Part shown: positions 10,576 to 18,828 of the stretch, one piece after another | How the letters are laid out: each line of letters begins with the position of its first letter | Position numbering within the stretch: position 1 is the first letter of the stretch | Origin: an uncultured Chitinophagales bacterium | GTDB taxonomy: Bacteria > Bacteroidota > Rhodothermia > Balneolales > DATFMH01 | Direction: 5' to 3' | DNA length: 64,000 nt | Assembly (NCBI GenBank): GCA_964572735.1 | Contig: CAZNHE010000005.1 | Span: 8,170-72,169, forward strand | Position numbers and translations under genes: made by a program | Notes under the pieces: model-generated | Told to the model about the DNA's origin: nothing | Seen by the model: the letters and a program-made list of their open reading frames with translations, nothing else | The model's database searches: none

Positions 10576-11796
10576 ATGAGACGGACTCGTCCAGATCGCC
10601 CTGCCGGATACGCCTCAGGCCGGTTTCAGGTCGCAGGGTTCGCTCTTCTCATCCTTGCCGGGATATTCCTCGCAGGTTATCCGGCTTCTGCGCAGGATGC
10701 GCCGCCGGTTTTGATGGAGAATAAAACATTTGTTCGTGATATCCGCCAGGCCATCGATTCGGTCTATGATATGGACTATAAGGCTTCGGTTCGCATTCTT
10801 GCCCCGTGGAGGCAGAAATACCCGCATCACCCGATCTGGGAGTTTTGGGAGGGATTACATCTCTGGTGGCAAATTCTGCCGGATCTTGAAAACAAGAAGC
10901 ATGACGATCAGCTCATCCATTATTTCTCGCAAACCGAATACCGGTGTTCGCGCCTGCTGGACAAACATCCGGCTCATCTGGACGCCTTGTTGCTAAAATC
11001 TGCTTCTGCGGCTTTTCTGGCTCGTTTTTATGCTAATCGCGATGAATGGCTGCACGCCTTTAAATCTGGAAAAGTGGCTATGAATACGCTCTTCACGCTC
11101 AAAAAAGCCGATCCCGAATTTCCGGATCTTGGATTCGGGCTGGGGGCGTACAATTATTATTCGGCATGGCTTCCTGAACGATATCCTATTCTTAAAGGGG
11201 TGATGTGGCTCCTGCCCAGAGGGAATAAGGGCAAGGGCCTGCACGCGCTTCGCGCCGCGGCCGACAGCAGCATTCTCGTTAAGCCGGAAGCGATCTATAC
11301 CCTTGCAAGGATTTATTTTGAGGCCGAACAGAAACCCGATAGTGCCCTTTGGTATTTTCACCGGCTGGTTCGTCTGTATCCCCAAAATCTTTATTACCAA
11401 ACGCTTTTTGCTTATGTCTTGTTCAAAGAAGGACATTATCCCCTGGCGCTCAGTACCATTCATCACCTTCTGGAAAATGAAAATGAGATCAGGAAAAAGA
11501 GCTATGGAACTTCTGTTCTGGAACATTTGTACGGCATTCAGGCAATGGTGGATTCCAGGATCGGCGACTGGCCGGCCACCATTTCCAGTTGTAAAAAGAG
11601 CAGAATGTACAGCCTTGAGAGTGCCGGCGCCCGGGAAAGATCTTATTACGCGTTAACGGGGTTTTTGATGGGAAGAATTTATGAAGAAATGAAGCAGGAT
11701 CAGCAGGCGAAAGAAATATACCGGGAAACGGCGGAGTTGAAATCCGGCTCGCCCTATGTTAAAGAAGCACAAAAGCGTCTCAGGAAACTAAAGTAA
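10576..11796 (+). CDS. Secreted TPR-like repeat protein, function unknown
   Basis: The 406-aa ORF has a signal/anchor segment (FALLILAGIFLAGYPASAQ) and helical-repeat composition. Confidence 0.5.
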   Translation: MRRTRPDRPAGYASGRFQVAGFALLILAGIFLAGYPASAQDAPPVLMENKTFVRDIRQAIDSVYDMDYKASVRILAPWRQKYPHHPIWEFWEGLHLWWQILPDLENKKHDDQLIHYFSQTEYRCSRLLDKHPAHLDALLLKSASAAFLARFYANRDEWLHAFKSGKVAMNTLFTLKKADPEFPDLGFGLGAYNYYSAWLPERYPILKGVMWLLPRGNKGKGLHALRAAADSSILVKPEAIYTLARIYFEAEQKPDSALWYFHRLVRLYPQNLYYQTLFAYVLFKEGHYPLALSTIHHLLENENEIRKKSYGTSVLEHLYGIQAMVDSRIGDWPATISSCKKSRMYSLESAGARERSYYALTGFLMGRIYEEMKQDQQAKEIYRETAELKSGSPYVKEAQKRLRKLK

Positions 11797-11808
11797 TTTA
11801 CCTGCAGG

Positions 11809-12543
11809 ATGAGCAACCGTTCCTTTTCCAAATCATTGCCGGAAGAATGGCCGGAGGTTACATTTATCCGGAGAAAGAACCAGCGTTATATACGGCTGCG
11901 GGTTCATCCGGACCGGATTTCCGTTTCAGGCCCTGCGTATTGTCCGCTTAAGGAGATGAAGCTATTCGTATACAGCCAGCAGGAACATATCACCCGGTCG
12001 CTTGTGCGTATGAGGGAACGGGAGGAAAGGCTGCATGCCGTTACCGATTGTCATAAAAATCACCTTCTGCTTCGGGGCGTCTGGAAGGAACTGCAGCCCG
12101 AGGAGTTTTCTTCCCCCAATGGGAGATGGCTTTTCACAGAAGAAGATCATGTGGTTCGTTTTGCGTCTCCGGAAGAGAACGGCCGTTTTCCGGGGAAGGA
12201 CGCCAGGGTTTCCTATTATCGCTCCTTGGCCGATGCGGAAATCCGCGATCGTTTTCAGCAGGTTTCCGAATCCCTTCCATTTACTTATAACCGCGTTTTT
12301 ATCCGGTCACAAAAAACGCGATGGGGAACCTGTTCATCCAAACAGAATCTCTCCTTTAACTGGCGGCTGATAAAATGTCCGTATCGGATTTGGGATTATT
12401 TGTTCATTCATGAACTCTGCCATACGGTTCACATGGATCACAGCGCCGAGTTTTGGAATCTCGTGCGTACCTGGTATCCCCTGCTCAATGAAGCCCGTGC
12501 ATGGATCCGAAAAAACGAAGCCCTGATATTCTCCGATATCTGA
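11809..12543 (+). CDS. YgjP/DUF45-like (M48/SprT-like) metal-dependent hydrolase
   Basis: The 244-aa ORF has the motif TRWGTCS and the zinc motif HELCHTVHMDHS near the C-terminus. Confidence 0.75.
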   Translation: MSNRSFSKSLPEEWPEVTFIRRKNQRYIRLRVHPDRISVSGPAYCPLKEMKLFVYSQQEHITRSLVRMREREERLHAVTDCHKNHLLLRGVWKELQPEEFSSPNGRWLFTEEDHVVRFASPEENGRFPGKDARVSYYRSLADAEIRDRFQQVSESLPFTYNRVFIRSQKTRWGTCSSKQNLSFNWRLIKCPYRIWDYLFIHELCHTVHMDHSAEFWNLVRTWYPLLNEARAWIRKNEALIFSDI

Positions 12544-12666
12544 ACCGGGCCTTTTCCCCCGAGATTTCCTTTTGTTCCGGGAGGCGTAACTATTTGTTGT
12601 GGAGGACGTATATTCTTAACAACTTATTGAATGAGCACCGGCTTTTTTGTCTATCCGTAATATGTC

Positions 12667-14076
12667 ATGAAAATCCGCACCGTATCGTGGGAAATTATTC
12701 TTGCAGGCTTGTTTTTTACAGGTATCGCAATTTATGTCAGCACTTCGCGACATTCTGCCGATGCAAAGCCTGGAGGACCGGGGTCTTCCATCTCCGGATC
12801 CGGCTCTGTAGACAGTGTAATTGTTGATCCCGGGCATAAAGGTTTCGTCATCATAAACCGGGATTCCGCAAGCCGAATGGTTGTCATCAATCCGTTTGGG
12901 CTGAACAGAGCCGGCTGGGATTCCCTCCGGGGGAAAATTTTCGATATTCGAAAACAAGCTCGGTTTCGTGCGAAGAAAGAGATAAACCGGGTTCAATGGG
13001 ACTCCCTTAATAGGGTGCTCCGGATCCGGCAGGGCGCTTTGCCTCATGCAGGAATGATATGGAAAAAGAAATATGAGTTCGCCTTTAAAGACAGCCTGAA
13101 TAATTTATTCTCGTTTATTCCTCCCCCACCTCCTCCGTCGGCTGTGGGATTGTCTGCTATCACGAAAAATTCCCCATCTGTTTGGACAGGCGCCTCGGCA
13201 ACGGTACCCGCTTCCGAAACATTGATGAAATCCCGCACCTTCTCTGCAGCGGATATCAAAAGGGTTTCCCTGGAGACCTCGGTAGGAAAGATACGGGTGA
13301 CCGGCAGCAGAGGGGATAAGATTCATGTTATGATTACCGGCCGGAAGGGGAGCCTAAAGAGAGATTTCGACAATCATCATTCTGTATCGATGGAAACCAG
13401 AGATGGCGAACTCTATGTATCGGTTACCGGCAGGAACTGGGGATGGACTTTTTTAAACTGGCTTTTCCATAAAAACAATGAAGGAAATATCATTGTGGAA
13501 ATGCCGGAAGGAGTGCCGCTGCATGTCGAATCGAAAGGAGGGAGTATCGACTGCCGGTCATTGCACGGTGGTGTTGAGGCCGGGACGCTGGGCGGCAATA
13601 TTTTACTTCATGGAGTCAGCGGATCGGTGCAGGCCAGGACTGTGGCCGGCAATGTGGTTGCCGATGCTTTTGCAGGCGATGAAAATCCGGGATCGTCGGT
13701 CAGAAGCATACAGGCCGGTAATGTACAGGGAGATGTTCGCATCAGAACCACTGCCGGAAATATTTCCCTGAAGAATATCAGCAGCGGTTCCATTGATGCG
13801 GAGACCACCGGGGGAAACATTGATGTCCAGACCCCTTTTGTCAGCCATGATATTACGCTTAAGGCCACCGCGGGCAACATCAATCTCTCTATTCCCCGGC
13901 AAACCCGGGCGTTGCTTGATTTAAAAGGAACGAAGGTAGCCATCCCTTCAGGCTGGTCCGTCTCGGGAAATCTCAGCGAGAGCCATGTAGACGGATCCCT
14001 AAATGGAGGCTCGTATCCGCGGATTACCGCCCATACGGACGCCGGGACAGTGGCTCTGGCAGCCATTACAAATTAA
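12667..14076 (+). CDS. Membrane-anchored DUF4097-like (putative beta-helix 'adhesin') protein
   Basis: The 469-aa ORF has an N-terminal TM segment, a PPPPPPS linker and many G(G/A)GNI(x) repeats (GGNILLHG, AGNVVAD, AGNISLK, GGNIDVQ, AGNINLS). Confidence 0.6.
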   Translation: MKIRTVSWEIILAGLFFTGIAIYVSTSRHSADAKPGGPGSSISGSGSVDSVIVDPGHKGFVIINRDSASRMVVINPFGLNRAGWDSLRGKIFDIRKQARFRAKKEINRVQWDSLNRVLRIRQGALPHAGMIWKKKYEFAFKDSLNNLFSFIPPPPPPSAVGLSAITKNSPSVWTGASATVPASETLMKSRTFSAADIKRVSLETSVGKIRVTGSRGDKIHVMITGRKGSLKRDFDNHHSVSMETRDGELYVSVTGRNWGWTFLNWLFHKNNEGNIIVEMPEGVPLHVESKGGSIDCRSLHGGVEAGTLGGNILLHGVSGSVQARTVAGNVVADAFAGDENPGSSVRSIQAGNVQGDVRIRTTAGNISLKNISSGSIDAETTGGNIDVQTPFVSHDITLKATAGNINLSIPRQTRALLDLKGTKVAIPSGWSVSGNLSESHVDGSLNGGSYPRITAHTDAGTVALAAITN

Positions 14077-14138
14077 AACCACCGGTCAGTCCCCAGGGGG
14101 AGAATGCCGGCCATCAGCTGCTTTCGGCAGGCCGTGGC

Positions 14139-14804
14139 TTACCCGGCCAGTATCGGTTTCATTTCCAGGACCGGCGCCTGCCTTGATTCCTGCCCGTCAA
14201 TGTGCAGGGTGTATAACACGGCGGGAGGTAAATTGCGCAATACAAGTTTTTCCCTGCAACAATACCGGCTCACAATCTCTTTCTCAAACTTGCACCGGAA
14301 GCGCTTTATATTGATATATTTGTAATAGGTAATGTAGCTGCCCGATTTACACATCTGCAATTTCTTCTGCCAGATTTCCTTGCTGACTGTGCGGGGAATA
14401 CCTTCGTAAGGCAGGCTCGAAAAGATGAAATCGTAGGGCTCACCCGGCTTGAAATCCAGAATATTGGCGTGATGGGTCGAAACATTTTCCACGTGGCGGT
14501 ATTTCCACTGGATCATCCTGTAAAAATCATAATTCAGTTCCACAATATCGAAATGATCGCCGGGCCTCAGCGCCGGAATGATCAGCCGGGTCAGTGAACC
14601 CGTCCCCGGACCGATTTCAAGAACCCTTATCGGGCTTTCCCGGTTTTCATGATATCTGCGGAACAACACACGGGTAAAATCGCGGGCCAGATATTTCGAA
14701 CTCGGTGCAATGGCACCCGTTTTCCTCATGTTTTTGATAAAGGCTCTTAGATAAAGCAAAAGATGGTTGTTTATAACGGGATTTTGGGACAAAAACGAAG
14801 GCAA
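14139..14804 (-). CDS. Class I SAM-dependent methyltransferase (COG3963-like)
   Basis: The 221-aa ORF has TGAIAPSSKYLA and the SAM motif I VLEIGPGTGSLT. Confidence 0.7.
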   Translation of the reverse strand: MPSFLSQNPVINNHLLLYLRAFIKNMRKTGAIAPSSKYLARDFTRVLFRRYHENRESPIRVLEIGPGTGSLTRLIIPALRPGDHFDIVELNYDFYRMIQWKYRHVENVSTHHANILDFKPGEPYDFIFSSLPYEGIPRTVSKEIWQKKLQMCKSGSYITYYKYINIKRFRCKFEKEIVSRYCCREKLVLRNLPPAVLYTLHIDGQESRQAPVLEMKPILAG

Positions 14805-15284
14805 TTTATAAAAATAATATGAGGTTTTATCTATCCCGCTTCATTCTGTTGTTAATATTTTGTGAATTCTCGGTTTTGGATGCGTCGTGAATCCTCAGAC
14901 CGCATCCGGCTGCTTACTTCCGTATGATGGACATATCTGGCAAATATACGTATTGATGATAGTTTTCACCGGAACCTTCATGTTTGGGTAATCTGTGCTA
15001 TCGTTGTGCGACGATATTAGTCGTAACGGCGACACCGGGATGAATGTTCGGATCCTTGCGTGGCTCATTCAGCCCGAAACAGAACAAAAAATATCCCTGT
15101 GTCATTCAATTTGCGGGAAAACCACGCGATGAACCGTATTTAGTATAGCAATACAAAGTTTCGTACGGAAAATTTCTTGTATATTATTTACCATCGTACA
15201 ACAAGATATTGTGCCGCATGTTCAACCAGACAGACAACGGATTTGTGATAATGGCAAGCCTGTGGGGTTCGGAATAACAAAAAT

Positions 15285-17903
15285 GTGAAAAGACGGGCCT
15301 CGTTCATGAAAGATATATTTCAAGTTTTATGTGTGCTGCTGATTCTCCCTGTTATGGTCCAGGCGCAGAATACCTACACCCTGACAGGCAGGGTCGTCGA
15401 CAAAGGCAGCGGAGATGCTCTGCCGGGCGCGAATATCATTTTCGAGGGGACTTTTTACGGAAATGCTTCGAATACAGATGGAACTTTTGAAGTGGCTGAT
15501 GTTCCGGCCGGTACTTACCGGGTTCGGATCTCGTATGTCGGCTATTCTTCCAGAACGCTGTCTGTTACTCTGGATCATAACGTTGATCTCGGAACGATTG
15601 CGCTTAAAGAGTATGAATTTTCGAAGGAGGTAATCGTCAGCGCCAAACGGGCCCGATTCCGGCAGACGCCTGTTGCCTTTTCTTCTGTTGGAAAACGGCA
15701 GATCCGGGAGACCGGTGTTGCCAACCAGGATCTGTCGATGGCTGTTGCCGGCATCCCGAATGTTTATGCAACGAGCGGCTCGGGCGGCATCGGAGATTCC
15801 CGGCTCTCGATCCGTGGATTTGATGATAATTACGTGGGCATCCTGATCAACGGGGTTCCTGTCAACGATATGGAGACTGGGCACATGTATTGGTCCGACT
15901 GGTCCGGGCTGGCTTCTATCGCCACTGATATTCAGGTCACTATGGGACTGGGGGCCAATCCGTTGTCTACACAGGCGGTCGGTGGAACGGTTAATATCAC
16001 GACCTCTTCCCTGCAGGCGCAGCAGGGAGGGCAGGTTGTTTTCGGGTTGGGCGATAATGGCCGCCATGAAGTGGGATTGCAATACAGTACCGGCCTTACG
16101 GATGCCGGCAACGGAGGTAAGTACGGGTTTACCGTCTTCGCCAACCGGATTGTGTCCGACAGCTATTTCAACTACAGCCATTACCAGGGGTTCACCTGGT
16201 TTTTTACCCTGGGGTACACCAAAGGGAAGAATACGATCAACCTCACCACTTTCGGTACTCCGCAGACGCATGACCAGCGTTTTACGTCGCTCACACCCGA
16301 CGAATGGGCCCGGTATGGCTACGATTACAATCCCAATGTCGGCTTTTACGGATCGGGAGATAACATGCATTTTGTCAATGAAGGGGTGAATTATTACTTC
16401 AAACCGGTCTTTTCGATTGACGACACTTATCGTATTAATGCAAATCAGATGATCACCGGCACCCTGTACTACAGCTTCGGAAAAGGATATGGTTCAGGCT
16501 CGTCCGGCCGGTATGCTCCTGCCGACCCGGTTACCGGTTTGCTCGACTATAACCAGGTATTTGCCTATAATACGAATCATCCGGATTCGGCCTTTTCCTA
16601 TGGAGGTACTTTCATCCGCGGAAATGCGTCTCAATCCATCCTGAGTGATTCGCACAACGATCACCAGTGGGGCGGGGTCATCATTAATTATCGGAACAGA
16701 CTGACCCGCAAGCTGACGATGAACCTGTCATTCGACGGCCGCAGCTATGTCGGCTCACACTATCAGACGGTCCGGAACCTGTTAGGCGGCGATTTTTACG
16801 TCGAACACTACAATGCCAATTACGGGCGCATAGCTGCTTTCAAGGATGACAAGATCGGTTATTACGACCTGGGCTACGTGAACAAATACGGTGGAAATTT
16901 GCAGGTGGAGTATACTACCTCCAAATACAGCGCCTTCATTGATGGAAGCCTGTCAAATACCGGTTATGCACGGAAAGATTATTTTATTAAGGGGAACCCC
17001 AAGACCGGATTCTACAATTTTGCAGGGTGGGTTGTAAAAGGCGGAGTAAATGTGAACCTGACCGGCTGGCTGAATGTGTTCACCAATGCCGGCTATAACG
17101 ACCGGGCCCCTTATTTCAATGGAGTCTTTCGCTACACCAACGATCCGATCCCCGGCCGCCATAATGAAAAAATCGGTTCGATTGAGCTGGGAGTCGGGTT
17201 ACGCCCCAATGCCCGGAGTTCGGTTACGATCGACCTCTATCATACCCGCTGGGCAGATCAGACACTTAATTTTACCAGCCGTACGATTGCCGGTTCCGGG
17301 GAGTCGTACCTGTACAATGTGAACGACCTGAATGAAATTCATGAAGGGATTGAAATGAGGGGAAATGTGTGGTTCACCGATCAATTATCCATGCAGGGAG
17401 GGGTTGCCGTTTCCAATAACTATTATGAAAACAACCCGACCGCATTCGGATTTAACAATGAGAATCAGCCTTCGGGCCAGGGGATTCTGTACCTGAAGGG
17501 ACTGAAAGTGAGCAACGCGCCGCAGACTACCGGCTCTCTGGGATTCACTTATCGGACCCGTGTGAAGGGTAACGGCTCTTTTTTTATTACCCCGCGTGCA
17601 CGCTATGCCGCCGACTATTATGCGGGCTTCTATCCGGAGGACCGGCTTTCGCCGGGAGATCAGAATCGCCAGGCTTACAAGATCAAACCCTACGCCATTC
17701 TGGACCTGATTTCCGGCTATACCTTTACGTTCAGGCATAATTTCTCGGGATTCAAATCGGCTGAAATCCTGCTGAGTATCACTAACCTGATGGATGCCAG
17801 GTTCATCTCCAGCGCCACCGATTACGACGGCACCTGGCATAACCTTGATGTCTTTTTCGGCCGCCCGCGCACGGTGAACGCAAATATTACCTTTTATTTC
17901 TGA
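15285..17903 (+). CDS. TonB-dependent outer-membrane receptor with an N-terminal carboxypeptidase-regulatory-like domain
   Basis: The 872-aa ORF has a signal peptide ending VMVQAQ, the CarbopepD_reg pattern TLTGRVVDKGSGDALPGANI, a plug region and a terminal aromatic (TFYF). The start may instead be the ATG at 15306. Confidence 0.85.
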   Translation: MKRRASFMKDIFQVLCVLLILPVMVQAQNTYTLTGRVVDKGSGDALPGANIIFEGTFYGNASNTDGTFEVADVPAGTYRVRISYVGYSSRTLSVTLDHNVDLGTIALKEYEFSKEVIVSAKRARFRQTPVAFSSVGKRQIRETGVANQDLSMAVAGIPNVYATSGSGGIGDSRLSIRGFDDNYVGILINGVPVNDMETGHMYWSDWSGLASIATDIQVTMGLGANPLSTQAVGGTVNITTSSLQAQQGGQVVFGLGDNGRHEVGLQYSTGLTDAGNGGKYGFTVFANRIVSDSYFNYSHYQGFTWFFTLGYTKGKNTINLTTFGTPQTHDQRFTSLTPDEWARYGYDYNPNVGFYGSGDNMHFVNEGVNYYFKPVFSIDDTYRINANQMITGTLYYSFGKGYGSGSSGRYAPADPVTGLLDYNQVFAYNTNHPDSAFSYGGTFIRGNASQSILSDSHNDHQWGGVIINYRNRLTRKLTMNLSFDGRSYVGSHYQTVRNLLGGDFYVEHYNANYGRIAAFKDDKIGYYDLGYVNKYGGNLQVEYTTSKYSAFIDGSLSNTGYARKDYFIKGNPKTGFYNFAGWVVKGGVNVNLTGWLNVFTNAGYNDRAPYFNGVFRYTNDPIPGRHNEKIGSIELGVGLRPNARSSVTIDLYHTRWADQTLNFTSRTIAGSGESYLYNVNDLNEIHEGIEMRGNVWFTDQLSMQGGVAVSNNYYENNPTAFGFNNENQPSGQGILYLKGLKVSNAPQTTGSLGFTYRTRVKGNGSFFITPRARYAADYYAGFYPEDRLSPGDQNRQAYKIKPYAILDLISGYTFTFRHNFSGFKSAEILLSITNLMDARFISSATDYDGTWHNLDVFFGRPRTVNANITFYF

Positions 17904-18331
17904 GCGGGATAGAAGAAGCGGCTGGCAGTTGGCATTCGGCTGTCAGTCGGCAGACGATCGGGGAAGTTATCTTCCTGAGCTTCGGCAAGACTTGTCATAC
18001 TTCAAACCTGAGTTCGATTTTAAATCGGATTCAGCATTACCAGTGCTTTCCAGCCGGTTTCTAACGGTCCCTGAAGGGGCGGTTTGCGACCAGACCAGGG
18101 GTTAAGGCCTTGTAGAAATGGGTACGGCCCGGTGGAAAGTTTTCGCTAATTTTATCTTTGGTTAAAGCCATAATATTTGATCTAAGCCATAGTTTAACTA
18201 ACGACTTATTATGGCGAAGGCATCTAATTTTTCCGATTTTCAGGCTTCTTAAAACACCTGTTCACCTCTTTTTTCCGTATAGCTATTAATCGGACCCGGG
18301 TTAAAAATACAATACCTTTTTTCCCCTTTTT

Positions 18332-18396
18332 CCATTGCCGCCGGCTTAAGCAACCTGGATTTCCTCTTTCCTATACCCATTGCCGCCGGCTTAAGC
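18332..18396. repeat. Direct repeat CCATTGCCGCCGGCTTAAGC, two copies with a 45-nt period
   Basis: Identical 20-mers lie at 18332-18351 and 18377-18396. Each is preceded by a pyrimidine tract (TTCCCCTTTTT and TTCCTCTTTCC). Confidence 0.8.
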
Positions 18397-18524
18397 CGAC
18401 GGATATAAGATTGCCTCCAAATCGGGCTTCAGCCCATGGAAACGCCGGGCGATCATGGGCTAAAGCCCGATTTAGTGAAAGGCTTTGTAGTCCGTCAGCT
18501 AAAGCAGACGGCAAAGTTTTTTGC
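18377..18524 (+). ncRNA. Candidate structured small RNA, or a stem-loop array ending in a terminator-like hairpin with a U-tract
   Basis: Three stem-loops occur in tandem. H1 is 18383-18402 (CCGCCGGC-TTAA-GCCGaCGG). H2 is nested: the outer stem AAATCGGGC (18419-18427) pairs with GCCCGATTT (18465-18473), and the inner stem GCCCATG (18432-18438) pairs with CATGGGC (18454-18460). H3 is CCGTC (18492-18496) with GACGG (18507-18511), followed by CAAAGTTTTTTGC. No family is recognised. Confidence 0.3.
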
Positions 18525-18828
18525 TACGATCACTTTATCCCTGGCGGGATTTATGGGGAACAGATGATCCCACTCCGACAAATCCGTTTTATTTGATTGT
18601 CATTTATATTCATGCCCGTACCCGACAGTCAAATTCCCGATTATGAAATACGAGCACCATCCGGTGGATCGGAGTGAGCACGAATGCCCGGTAACGTAAA
18701 TACAGGGATCCCGGACTCACGTTACTTTAAAAGAAATTGTTTACGCGGTACGGCCAACTTCCCCTTTGATAGTACCGGTAAATTTACTTCACGATTAAAA
18801 AGGTTATAGCTTGTTAAGGGCTTTTCGT

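Noticed and set aside
14805-15284. A possible cobalamin or TPP riboswitch in the 480-nt leader of the TonB-dependent receptor.
   Set aside because: I found no B12 box (GCCACTG-like) and no TPP core (CTGAGA…ACCTGATCTGGATAATGCCAGCG). There was only a weak resemblance (TGATAATGGCAAGCC). An Infernal scan would be needed to exclude it fully.
18411-18596. A 61-aa ORF (MPPNRASAHGNAGRSW…) in the long noncoding gap.
   Set aside because: It runs straight through the nested stem-loops. Its composition is driven by the GC-rich hairpins, it has no start context and it resembles nothing. It is most likely not coding.
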